A stretch of DNA of 64,000 nucleotides from Spartobacteria bacterium UBA5019 (GCA_002396485.1 DGXZ01000030.1:359-64358); one strand, 5' to 3'. Shown: positions 1 through 11,554, counted from the first letter of the stretch. Program-made: numbers and translations. The notes: generated by a model from the sequence alone, not told the origin.

Positions 1-430
1 ACCATAATTCTCATTCCATTGAAGCCTGGGCGGAATCTCAAGGGAAAATTCGTTGCGACTGGGGATATCCTTGGCGACTTTGGGCGACGCAGCGAATGCT
101 GTTGTTAAAATCGTTGGCAGTAAAAATGATAAAACTTGGAAGGATTTGATAAACATAGGTTTTTTAATCGAATTTGTTACAGGGGCAGATAAATTATTAA
201 GCGGTATTCCAAGACAAAGAATAGGTGGGAATTTTATAGGGCAGAATTCAGTATGCCGTCAAGGATTTCTGATCCATTCTCAGCGTTTGTCAAGTTAGGG
301 CATTGCCTTTTACTTTTTGCGCGGCTGATGATTGGAGAATGCCTGTTGTTTGAACAGGTGATCGTATTGATTGGGCCTAAAAAAAATTTCTTCGCGCAGG
401 GCCTCCGTTTGTTCATAGTTTGCGGGTTTT

Positions 431-1492
431 ATGCGAACTCCACTCTTCGACCAACATCTTGCCACCGGCGGCCGCATGGTCGAATTCGCAGGCTGGGAAA
501 TGCCCGTTCAATATACCGGAATCCTTCAAGAGCACAAAGCCGTGCGCGAAGCCTGCGGTGCCTTCGACATCTCCCACATGGGCGAGTTTTTCGTGAGCGG
601 CACCGGGGCCACGGCTTGGCTCGATGGATTGCTCACCAACAATCTCACCGCACTCCCGGTCGGCCATGCCCAATACACGATCCTCCTCAATGAACGCGGC
701 GGGGTGATTGACGATCTCATCGCCTACCGCCTCGGGGAGGAAAATTATCTCCTCATCGTGAACGCCGCCAAAATCCCGGAGGATGCCGCTTGGCTGCGCA
801 AGCATGAGGTGCCAGGCGTTCATTTTGAGGACCGCAGCGCAGAATTCGCCGCTCTCGCGATTCAAGGACCTCAAGCCGCATCGGTCTTTGAAAAACTCTT
901 CCACCGCCCGATGCCCGCAGAACGCAACCGGGTCGAGGAAATCCAGCCCGGACGCTCGTTCATCGCCACCACAGGCTATACCGGCGAGGCGGGATTCGAA
1001 TGGGTCATGCCCGCCGCAGAAGCCGCCGCTGCCTGGCAAGCCGCTCTTGATGCGGGAGCGACGCCCTGCGGACTCGGGGCGCGCGACACACTCCGCCTCG
1101 AAATGTGTTACCCGCTGAACGGCTCCGATCTCTCACCGGACCGCACCCCGCTCGAAGCCGGGCTGGGATTTTTCGTCGATCTGAAGAAGCCCGACTTTAT
1201 CGGCCGTGATGTCCTTCTTGCCCAGAAGGCTTCCATACTTCCCCACAAGCTCTGTGCGCTTCGCGTTCTCGACAAGGCGCCTCCCGTGCGTCCGCACTAC
1301 AAAGTCTATGTCAACGGCGAGCCGGTCACCGAGACCACCAGCGGTGCTCTTTCTCCCAGCCTCGGCTACGGCATTGCCATGGCCTATCTGCCGCCTGCCT
1401 ACTGCGATATCGGCCAGATGGTCGACATCGAAGTCCGCTATCGCCGCTTCCGCGCCCAAGTCGTCAAAAAACCATTTTACAAAAAACCATGA
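431..1492 (+). CDS. gcvT: Glycine cleavage system T protein (aminomethyltransferase)
   Basis: 353-aa ORF with ATG at 431. MVEFAGWEMPVQY and GAFDISHMGEF are classic GcvT signatures. The stop overlaps the gcvH start (ATGA at 1489-1492). Confidence 0.95.
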   Translation: MRTPLFDQHLATGGRMVEFAGWEMPVQYTGILQEHKAVREACGAFDISHMGEFFVSGTGATAWLDGLLTNNLTALPVGHAQYTILLNERGGVIDDLIAYRLGEENYLLIVNAAKIPEDAAWLRKHEVPGVHFEDRSAEFAALAIQGPQAASVFEKLFHRPMPAERNRVEEIQPGRSFIATTGYTGEAGFEWVMPAAEAAAAWQAALDAGATPCGLGARDTLRLEMCYPLNGSDLSPDRTPLEAGLGFFVDLKKPDFIGRDVLLAQKASILPHKLCALRVLDKAPPVRPHYKVYVNGEPVTETTSGALSPSLGYGIAMAYLPPAYCDIGQMVDIEVRYRRFRAQVVKKPFYKKP

Positions 1493-1869
1493 ACATTCCT
1501 GAAAACCTGCGCTACGCCACCTCCCACGAGTGGATTCTCGTTGATGGCAACACTGGAACCGTCGGCATCACCGACCACGCTCAAGCCGAACTCACCGATA
1601 TCGTTTTCGCCGAGCCTCCCGCGATTGGAAAATCCGTGAAAGCCGGAGATGTCGCCGCTGTTGTCGAATCCGTAAAAGCTGCCAGCGACATCTACGCGCC
1701 TGTCGGCGGCGAGGTCATCGAACGCAACGAAGCCATCGAAGCCGATCCTTCCCTGCTCAACACCGATCCCTTCGGCGCAGGCTGGATTTTTAAAATCCGC
1801 ATTGCCGACGCCGTAGAACTTGCTGCGCTCAAAGACGCCGCCGCCTATCGGGAGCAGATCGGAGCATGA
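1489..1869 (+). CDS. gcvH: Glycine cleavage system H protein (lipoyl carrier)
   Basis: 126 aa. YATSHEWI N-terminus and lipoyl-lysine motif VESVKAASD. Sits between gcvT and gcvP. Confidence 0.95.
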   Translation: MNIPENLRYATSHEWILVDGNTGTVGITDHAQAELTDIVFAEPPAIGKSVKAGDVAAVVESVKAASDIYAPVGGEVIERNEAIEADPSLLNTDPFGAGWIFKIRIADAVELAALKDAAAYREQIGA

Positions 1870-2096
1870 CCATTACGGAGTTCGAGGATTTTCTCGATGC
1901 AACCAAGCACATGACGGCCGTTCAGCGCGCCGAGGCTTATGGCATCGATATTTCCTTGATCGACGAAAACCTCCGACTCACGCCCACCCAAAAAATCCGG
2001 CAAAACGATATCGCCCTCAACCAAGCGGAAGCACTCCAAGCCGCCCTCCATCAAACCCGTGCCAAATCTGGAATCCATCGCCTGCCGACTCGTTGA
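1866..2096 (+). CDS. Small hypothetical protein, possible partner (antitoxin-like) of the downstream nucleotidyltransferase-fold protein
   Basis: 76-aa ORF. Its ATG overlaps the gcvH TGA (ATGA at 1866-1869), and its 3' end overlaps the next ORF by 38 nt. I recognise no domain. Confidence 0.4.
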   Translation: MTITEFEDFLDATKHMTAVQRAEAYGIDISLIDENLRLTPTQKIRQNDIALNQAEALQAALHQTRAKSGIHRLPTR

Positions 2097-2544
2097 GGCC
2101 AAGGTGGAGTTTGTGCTCTGCGGCGGGTTGGCTGCCTTTCTTCAGGGATCTTCTATTCTCACAACGGATGTCGATGTCGTTTGCGATATGGGCAGCGAAA
2201 ACATCAGACGCCTTTTCGATGCGGTCAAAGATTTGCATACGTATCACCGTATGACGCCCGGACGGATTCCTTTTACGCTGGAGCAACTCACAACCCAGCC
2301 ATTTCAGGATATTTACCTTGCCACCGACTGGGGGCAACTCGACTGCTTTGGAAATGTCAAAGGTATCGGCGGATACAGCGAATGCCTCAAGTTGAGTGAA
2401 CCAATCGAAATGGCAGGTTTCACCATGATGACTCTGAGTCTGGAGGGTATACTCATTGCAAAACGCGCCATGGGAAGACCCCGCGATTTACAAGCCGTTT
2501 TCGAACTCGAAGCTGCCCGCGAAAGAAAAACCAACCTACACTGA
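2059..2544 (+). CDS. Minimal nucleotidyltransferase-fold protein (Pol-beta-like NTase superfamily), function unknown
   Basis: 161 aa with a GTG start. LCGGLAAFLQGSSILTTDVDVV fits the hG[GS]-x(9-14)-DxD NTase signature. The C-terminal IAKRAMGRPRDLQAV is typical of small stand-alone NTases. Inserted between gcvH and gcvP. Confidence 0.6.
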   Translation: MPNLESIACRLVEAKVEFVLCGGLAAFLQGSSILTTDVDVVCDMGSENIRRLFDAVKDLHTYHRMTPGRIPFTLEQLTTQPFQDIYLATDWGQLDCFGNVKGIGGYSECLKLSEPIEMAGFTMMTLSLEGILIAKRAMGRPRDLQAVFELEAARERKTNLH

Positions 2545-2568
2545 TCGCCAATCGTTACTCTTTTTCAA

Positions 2569-5349
<2,781 letters not shown>

Positions 5350-5355
5350 GCCTGC

Positions 5356-6114
5356 TTAGACAGGCTGTGTGCCTTTGCAGTCGGGATATTTCGTGCAGCC
5401 CCAAAATTGCTGCCCGGCATTCTTGCCGCTTTTTGCGGTGCGAAGGGCCATGAGCGAACCACACTGAGGGCACTTTGGGGGCAGATCGTTCGGATCAGTC
5501 CGATCAGGCGGATCAGTCCGATCTTGCTGCCTGCGGTGGGCGAGCCTTGCCGTCGCGAGTTGCTCGGAGTAGCCGCCGCCTTCCACAAAGCCCTTTTCGA
5601 GCGCGGCAATCTGGCGATCAAGGAGGAAGTTCGCCTGGTTGATCAGGCAGATGAGTGTGTTCGCCCGCACCGCCGAGTCGCTGCTTTCGAGCCAGCGTGA
5701 GTAAAGTTCAAAGCGCTCTTGGTCGTTGAGATCAGTCAGATCGGACTGATCTGACCGATCTTTTCGGAAATCCTGCGGGATGCGCCGCACGGCGCTGGCT
5801 TCCTTGCCGTCGGGGGCCCATTGCGGGAGTCGCCGGTGGCGCAGGTAGTCTTCGTAGTCGAGGAGAAGCTCCTCCAAACTTGCGCGGGCGACATTCACCA
5901 AGCGCAGCTCGGTCTGCGATGATGTCGCCGATGCCCGACTGCCTTCTGCGATGTTTTGCCTGCCGCTACGCGCGGCCTGGATCATCTGGTCCACGGTGCG
6001 GGAGCGGGAATCCAGAAACTTTTCGCAAAACCACACCGTCGCATCGTAGATGATCGTCGCTGTCTGAAAGCTTGCGGTGTCACGGTAACCACCGCTTGGT
6101 CGCAATTTTTTCAT
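5356..6114 (-). CDS. Four-helix-bundle protein (23S rRNA IVS / Avd-like family) with suffix domain and C-terminal topoisomerase-type C4 zinc ribbon
   Basis: 252 aa. The N-terminus (ATIIYDATVWFCEKF...QMIQAARSGRQNIAEGS) matches the four-helix-bundle family. The C-terminus CPQCGSLMALR...FWGCTKYPDCKGT is a Cys4 zinc ribbon. There are two Asp-rich linkers (DRSDQSDLTDLND and DRTDPPDRTDPND). Confidence 0.7.
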   Translation of the reverse strand: MKKLRPSGGYRDTASFQTATIIYDATVWFCEKFLDSRSRTVDQMIQAARSGRQNIAEGSRASATSSQTELRLVNVARASLEELLLDYEDYLRHRRLPQWAPDGKEASAVRRIPQDFRKDRSDQSDLTDLNDQERFELYSRWLESSDSAVRANTLICLINQANFLLDRQIAALEKGFVEGGGYSEQLATARLAHRRQQDRTDPPDRTDPNDLPPKCPQCGSLMALRTAKSGKNAGQQFWGCTKYPDCKGTQPV

Positions 6115-6147
6115 GGGTTCGATTTTTCGAGTTGGTAAGGTGTACGC

Positions 6148-7011
6148 ATGCCAGCCGGTTTCAATGAGATTATTGCAAACATATCGCTTCCAACCTCGGC
6201 GGCGCTCATCGAGGCGCTTCCGGTCATTGTTTCGCTAATCATTATCGAGGGCCTGCTGAGCGTGGACAATGCCCTTGCTATTGCCGCGATGGCGAACCAC
6301 CTGCCGAGCCGTCAGAAGTATCTCGCGCTCAAATTTGGCATCATCGGAGCGTATTTTTTTCGTGGGCTCTGTCTCGCCTTCGCAGCATGGATCATCGAAA
6401 ATCCGTGGCTCAAAATCTGTGGTGCGGCGTATCTGGTTTACCTGATGTGCGACCACTTCCCTGGCTCGGAGGACACGAAGAGTGCGGAGCCCTCCAAAAT
6501 GGCACAGCGCGGGTTCTTCGGGACGATCGCGGCCATCGAGATCATGGATCTCAGCTTGAGTGTCGACAATGTTGTTGCTGCTGTCGCGATGAGCCCGAAA
6601 CTCTGGGTTGTGTGCACTGGCGTCTTCATCGGGATTCTTGCACTCCGGTTTGTGGCAGGCGCATGCATCCGGCTCATTGAAAAATTTCCCATCCTCGAGC
6701 ACACGGCGTTTGTTCTCGTGGGCTATGTCGGATTCATCCTCGTTTACGAATTGCTCAGTGATCCGCACTCCGGCATTCAAATCTTGCCTGGCCCCGTGCA
6801 TGTGACGACATGGCAGAAATTCATCGGAATCGTGCTGATTATTGGTGTCTCGATTTCCTACATGAGGAGCGCTCTCGTGAGGGATGCCATGCGTCCGCTC
6901 CTTCGTTTCATCCGAATTCCCATGAACGCCCTTGCCGCACTGGTCGGTTTTGTTTTGAAGGCTTTGTTTTTTCCGTTCCGTAGCCTTGTGCGGCTCCTAA
7001 AGGCGGCTTGA
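6148..7011 (+). CDS. TerC/DUF475-type integral membrane protein
   Basis: 287 aa, polytopic. Duplicated motif LSVDNALAIAAM / LSVDNVVAAVAM is typical of the TerC-like family. Confidence 0.7.
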   Translation: MPAGFNEIIANISLPTSAALIEALPVIVSLIIIEGLLSVDNALAIAAMANHLPSRQKYLALKFGIIGAYFFRGLCLAFAAWIIENPWLKICGAAYLVYLMCDHFPGSEDTKSAEPSKMAQRGFFGTIAAIEIMDLSLSVDNVVAAVAMSPKLWVVCTGVFIGILALRFVAGACIRLIEKFPILEHTAFVLVGYVGFILVYELLSDPHSGIQILPGPVHVTTWQKFIGIVLIIGVSISYMRSALVRDAMRPLLRFIRIPMNALAALVGFVLKALFFPFRSLVRLLKAA

Positions 7012-7074
7012 GGGGCGGCAGATTTGCCATCTCCCGCGCATGGCGGATGTTTTGTGGAAACACCAAGCATCCGA

Positions 7075-8403
7075 ATGAGAGAGTTTGTTCCGAAGATTCC
7101 CAAAAAAAGGCTCGAGGCCGTTGCGACTGCGGCATTCGCAGTCCTGATGCTTCTTTTTGCGGCGGACAGTTGGTTTTCCCGCATGACGAGCCAAAATCTT
7201 CTCGAATCGATCGTCTGGGTTGATCTGAAACACGGTCAGCTTGATCTAGCGAAGGACCTCCAATTCGAACTCAAGGACGCCGAGTCTGCACTTCGCAGCT
7301 ATGTCATAACGGGCAATTCCGCGAAGCGTGACGAATATCTCAAAAAGTCCGCCGCAATCATGGATGAGCGCTTTGCGAATCTGATTGGAACGGCTGCCGG
7401 TGATGAGCAAATGCTCCACACGCTCGACCGGATCGGCGGTCTGATTCAGCGTCGGTTGGATCTATTGAATGAGTCCCACATGGCCTATGAAACCGGTTCG
7501 GGTGGCCAGAACCCGATTCACCGCAAGGGCGACTTGGTCATGGAGCAAATCACAGCCGCATTTCAGGAGTTCGTGGCCGACCAGCATCAACTCCTGCAGG
7601 CCCGCATTTTGGAGCGAAAACATGAATCTGATCGGTTGATGTATGCGATGCTGGCAAGTGGTGTGCTGGCGGTGGCCATTGCTGTGCTTGCCCTGACGGT
7701 GATTCTTCGCGGCCTCTACAGACACCGAGAGGCCGAAGAAAAAAGCCGCGCCAGCCTTGAGGAGAAGGAGAATCTATTAAAAGAGATTCACCACCGGGTG
7801 AAAAATAATCTTCAGATCATTTCCAGCCTACTTCTGCTGCAGGAATCGAAATTGAAGGATGCCGAGGCGGCAGAAATCTTTTCCGAATGTCGCGAGAGAA
7901 TCCAATTCATGGCCCGCCTCCATGAGCAGCTCTACACTTCGGGGAACCTGCAACGAATTGAATTTGGAAAGAATCTCGCTGAAATCGCGGAGACGCTTCT
8001 GCATTCCCACACGCCTTCAGGCTGCCAATTGACGTTGGAAAAGAGTATCGATCCGCTTGAGCTTGATGTGGATACCTCGCAGGTGCTGGGCTTGCTCGCC
8101 ACCGAGCTGCTTTTGAATTCCCTGAAACATGGGTTCAAAGGCCGCAAGACGGGAACCATTCGCTTGGAACTTCACGGTGGAGCAAAAAATTCCATGGTCG
8201 TCAGCGATAACGGAGTCGGCCTTCCCGTCAATTTCGACAGTCTAAAAAGCGGCCGAATGGGTATGAATCTCGCGCATGCACTCGCCAGGCAGATTCGCGG
8301 CGAAGCAAACTTTTCAAACAATCCTGAAGGAGGAACTCGCGTGGTGGTGGGGTTTTCCCTTGAGGCCACCTTGAAAAGCACTCCTGCTGGACGAAATTCC
8401 TAA
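7075..8403 (+). CDS. Sensor histidine kinase, CHASE3-like periplasmic domain plus HisKA_2/HWE-type kinase core
   Basis: The ORF opens at TTG 7024, but ATG 7075 (MREFVPKIPKK, then a TM segment) is more plausible. ESALRSYVITGNSAKRDEY resembles the CHASE3 signature, the H-box is HHRVKNNLQIISSLL, and a C-terminal ATPase domain follows. Confidence 0.8.
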   Translation: MREFVPKIPKKRLEAVATAAFAVLMLLFAADSWFSRMTSQNLLESIVWVDLKHGQLDLAKDLQFELKDAESALRSYVITGNSAKRDEYLKKSAAIMDERFANLIGTAAGDEQMLHTLDRIGGLIQRRLDLLNESHMAYETGSGGQNPIHRKGDLVMEQITAAFQEFVADQHQLLQARILERKHESDRLMYAMLASGVLAVAIAVLALTVILRGLYRHREAEEKSRASLEEKENLLKEIHHRVKNNLQIISSLLLLQESKLKDAEAAEIFSECRERIQFMARLHEQLYTSGNLQRIEFGKNLAEIAETLLHSHTPSGCQLTLEKSIDPLELDVDTSQVLGLLATELLLNSLKHGFKGRKTGTIRLELHGGAKNSMVVSDNGVGLPVNFDSLKSGRMGMNLAHALARQIRGEANFSNNPEGGTRVVVGFSLEATLKSTPAGRNS

Positions 8404-8404
8404 T

Positions 8405-8812
8405 ATGGAACCGACACGCATTTTGATCGCCGAGGACGAGGCGATCACCGCCACCGCACTGAAAAGCGAACTTGTCTCGCTTGGCTACGAAGTGGTGGGA
8501 ATCACGGACACCGCCGAGGATGTCGTCCGCGCCGCAGGGGAATTGCAGCCGGATGTCGTCTTCATGGATATAACCCTGAAGGGCGTGCTCGACGGCATCA
8601 CCGCCGCCGTGGCGATTCGAGGGCGGACTGGTGCGCCGGTTGTTTTTCTGACGGCCCATGCGGATGAAAAAACGATGAAGCGCTCTGTTTTTGCGGGGCC
8701 TTTTGAATACATCCTCAAGCCATTCACTCGACAAGAGCTTCAAACCGCAGTGGAGGCTTCGCTCCAAAAGAGCCAAGTGGAACTTCAGGCACGAACGATG
8801 CTGCAGCGCTAA
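8405..8812 (+). CDS. Single-domain response regulator (receiver only)
   Basis: 135 aa with canonical receiver residues: AEDE, VVFMDITL (acceptor Asp), FLTAH, ILKPF. It starts 2 nt after the kinase stop. Confidence 0.9.
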   Translation: MEPTRILIAEDEAITATALKSELVSLGYEVVGITDTAEDVVRAAGELQPDVVFMDITLKGVLDGITAAVAIRGRTGAPVVFLTAHADEKTMKRSVFAGPFEYILKPFTRQELQTAVEASLQKSQVELQARTMLQR

Positions 8813-8863
8813 AAGGTAATCCCAGTCTCGCTTTTGCGGGGACGATCACCAAGCATTCCCAAA

Positions 8864-11119
8864 ATGGCAATCGATCCGGTCTGTGGCATGCAGGTGGATG
8901 AATCCACCGGACTTCGCGGAGAGCGCGGGGGAGAGGTGTTCTACTTTTGTTGCGATCATTGCAGACAAAAGTTTTTGAAGCCTCTGGCTCAGGAAACGCC
9001 CATCCCTCAAAATGCCATTTACACTTGTCCGATGCATCCGGAGGTCAGGCAGGAACATCCTGGCGACTGCCCAAAGTGCGGCATGGCACTCGAGCCACTC
9101 GATGCGACGGCGGAGGATTCCGGGAGCGGGGAACTGGACGATATGACGCAGCGCTTGGTGGTCTCCATCCTCTTTGGGTTGCCTGTGTTTCTTTTGGCTA
9201 TGGCACACCTTGTTCCAGTAACGGCAGGCTTTGGCGATAGCGACATGTCGCGATGGCTGCAGTTCCTCCTGGCTTTGCCTGTGGTGTGCTGGTGTGGCTT
9301 CCCGTTTTTTCTCCGTGGGTGGCGCTCGGTTTCAAGCGGGCATTGGAATATGTTCACCCTCATTTCGCTTGGGGTGGGGGCGGCATTTCTCGTGAGCGCC
9401 GCTGCCATGCTCGTTCCGGATTTATTTCCCCATTCGTTGCGGCATGGCGGCAAAGTGCCTGTTTACTTTGAATCCGCAGCTGTGATCATTGCCCTTGTCC
9501 TACTCGGTCAGGTGCTCGAGCTGCGTGCGCGCGGCAGGACTGGAGGCGCGATTCGCGCCCTGCTGAATCTCGCCCCGCCCGTTGCGCGGAAGCTCACGGA
9601 TGCCGGTGATTGTGAAATCTCCCTCGCGCAGGTTCAGGCAGGCGACCGGTTGCGCGTGGTGCCGGGGGATAGCGTGCCGGTCGATGGCGTGCTCATCGAA
9701 GGGCATTCAAGCGTCGATGAGTCCATGATCACTGGCGAGTCGCTGCCGATTGAAAAAAACACGGGCGACAAGGTTTCTGCCGGCACTTTGAACGGCTCCG
9801 GGACGTTCGTCATGCGTGCGGAGCGAGTCGGCGCCGACACGTTGCTCGGCCGCATTGTGCAAATGGTCGCTGATGCACAGCGCACACGGGCTCCGATTCA
9901 GGGGCTTGCCGATAAGGTGGCCGGAATTTTCGTTCCAATCGTGCTGGCGGTTTCGATTCTCACATTCCTCGCGTGGATCTGGTTTGGCCCGGAGCCCAGA
10001 TTCGCGCATGCCATCGTGAATGCCGTAGCCGTCCTGATTATTGCGTGCCCGTGCGCTCTCGGCCTCGCCACGCCGATGTCCATCATGGTCGCGGTGGGTC
10101 GCGGTGCCCGCGAGGGCGTTCTGCTGAAGGATGCTGCTACACTCCAAGAGTTGGAAAGAATCACGATGCTGGTGGTGGATAAAACCGGCACTCTCACCGA
10201 GGGACGCCCCCGGCTTGTGGACATAATCCCAGTGGATGGCATGGATGCAAAAGAAGTGCTCCAGTTTGCAGCATCCCTCGAGCAAGGCAGCGAACACCCG
10301 CTTGCGGATGCGGTTGTCCGAGGAGCGAAGAATATTGCTCTTCTACCGGCTTCCAACTTCCGCGCTGTGCCTGGAGGTGGCGTGCTCGGGGATGTGGTGG
10401 GTCGCAAGATTGTGGTCGGAAAAGTGGAGTTTTTGCGGAGCGAAAAAATCACGGGCCTCGACAATTTGGAAACTCTGGCGGCAAAGCTCCAAGAGGACGG
10501 CAAATCCGTTCTTTTTATCGGTGGCGACGGAATGTCCTATGGGTTGATCGCCGTCTTCGATCCCATCAAAGCGACAAGCGCTGCCGCGTTGGCGGATCTC
10601 CATGCGCTGGGCCTGAAAATCACGATGCTCACGGGTGACAACGAACGCACGGCTGCCGCTGTCGCCCGGCAACTCGGGCTGGATTCTTTCGAGGCGGGCA
10701 TCGAACCCCTCGCCAAGTCGGCGTTCATCAAAAAACTTCGCGCCGACGGGAAATGTGTGGCCATGGCGGGGGATGGCATCAACGACGCTCCTGCGCTCAG
10801 CGAGGCCCATGTTGGGATTGCCATGGGAAATGGAACCGATGTTGCCATCCAAAGTTCCGGCATCACTCTCGTGAAAGGCGACCTCCGGGGTATAGCCCGG
10901 GCCATCCGCCTCAGTCGCGAGACGATGCGGAATATCCGTCAGAATCTCTTCTTTGCCTTCCTCTACAACGCGCTTGGAATCCCCATAGCAGCAGGTTTGC
11001 TTTATCCTTTTTTCGGCCTCTTACTCAGTCCCATTCTGGCCGGTGCGGCCATGAGCATGAGTTCCGTATGCGTCATTGCCAATGCGCTGAGACTCGAACG
11101 CGCCAAGAGGAATGCTTGA
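8864..11119 (+). CDS. copA: Copper-translocating P1B-type ATPase with N-terminal TRASH/YHS and CPMHP...CPKCGM metal-binding modules
   Basis: ATG at 8864 (MAIDPVCGMQVDE). CPC motif IIACPCALGLATP, phosphorylation site VDKTGTLTEG, and GDGINDAP. Confidence 0.92.
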   Translation: MAIDPVCGMQVDESTGLRGERGGEVFYFCCDHCRQKFLKPLAQETPIPQNAIYTCPMHPEVRQEHPGDCPKCGMALEPLDATAEDSGSGELDDMTQRLVVSILFGLPVFLLAMAHLVPVTAGFGDSDMSRWLQFLLALPVVCWCGFPFFLRGWRSVSSGHWNMFTLISLGVGAAFLVSAAAMLVPDLFPHSLRHGGKVPVYFESAAVIIALVLLGQVLELRARGRTGGAIRALLNLAPPVARKLTDAGDCEISLAQVQAGDRLRVVPGDSVPVDGVLIEGHSSVDESMITGESLPIEKNTGDKVSAGTLNGSGTFVMRAERVGADTLLGRIVQMVADAQRTRAPIQGLADKVAGIFVPIVLAVSILTFLAWIWFGPEPRFAHAIVNAVAVLIIACPCALGLATPMSIMVAVGRGAREGVLLKDAATLQELERITMLVVDKTGTLTEGRPRLVDIIPVDGMDAKEVLQFAASLEQGSEHPLADAVVRGAKNIALLPASNFRAVPGGGVLGDVVGRKIVVGKVEFLRSEKITGLDNLETLAAKLQEDGKSVLFIGGDGMSYGLIAVFDPIKATSAAALADLHALGLKITMLTGDNERTAAAVARQLGLDSFEAGIEPLAKSAFIKKLRADGKCVAMAGDGINDAPALSEAHVGIAMGNGTDVAIQSSGITLVKGDLRGIARAIRLSRETMRNIRQNLFFAFLYNALGIPIAAGLLYPFFGLLLSPILAGAAMSMSSVCVIANALRLERAKRNA

Positions 11120-11154
11120 TCGCCAAGAAAAATCCCAAAAATTTCAACGAAAGT

Positions 11155-11182
11155 GTTGACTCCTCACAAAGTTTCCCTAATT
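11155..11182 (+). promoter_or_regulatory. Putative sigma70-type promoter of rpmB
   Basis: TTGACT (11155-11160), a 16-nt spacer, then TAATTT (11177-11182), ending 16 nt upstream of the rpmB ATG. Pattern match only. Confidence 0.3.
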
Positions 11183-11197
11183 TCGGCCGTCCATCTT

Positions 11198-11464
11198 ATG
11201 TCTAGAAAGTGCAGCATCACTGGGGCCAAGCCCGTTCGCGGATCTAAAATCCATCGTCGCGGTCTCGCGAAGAAAAAAGGCGGTATCGGCATGCACGTCA
11301 CAGCCGTCACGCCTCGTTACTTCGTGCCAAATCTTAAAACCAAACGCGTTTGGGTTCCCGAACTCAAGAAGTTTGTGACCGTCAAAGCCACCGCGCGTGC
11401 TTTCAAGACGCTCTCTAAAAACGGGGCCTACAAAACCCTGGCAGCTGCCGGATTGGTCAAATAA
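11198..11464 (+). CDS. rpmB: 50S ribosomal protein L28
   Basis: MSRKCSITGAKPVRGSKIHRRG is the canonical L28 N-terminus. The in-frame ATG at 11198 lies inside the longer 11153 ORF. Confidence 0.9.
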   Translation: MSRKCSITGAKPVRGSKIHRRGLAKKKGGIGMHVTAVTPRYFVPNLKTKRVWVPELKKFVTVKATARAFKTLSKNGAYKTLAAAGLVK

Positions 11465-11489
11465 TCCGCGCCTTCCGCGTTTTTCATCT

Positions 11490-11531
11490 TCTCTCCGTGA
11501 GGTCCATCCTTGCGGAGAGATTTATTTTTTT
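11490..11531 (+). terminator. Rho-independent terminator after rpmB
   Basis: Stem TCTCTCCG (11490-11497) pairs with CGGAGAGA (11513-11520), followed by TTTATTTTTTT. Confidence 0.6.
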
Positions 11532-11554
11532 AGAAACATGCTTCGGAGCTTCGC

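Noticed and set aside
300-430. Glycine riboswitch upstream of gcvT.
   Set aside because: I could not find the conserved GGAGAG...CACCGAAGGGGCAA...CTCAGGCAAAAGGAC type elements. Only a weak GGAGAA is present. A covariance-model scan would be decisive, but by eye the element is absent.
5480-6060. GATC cluster as an origin-like or SeqA/Dam regulatory region.
   Set aside because: It lies entirely inside a coding sequence. It is explained at the codon level by Asp (GAT) followed by C-initial codons in repeated D-[RQLP] linkers. It is kept only as a curiosity within the four-helix-bundle finding.
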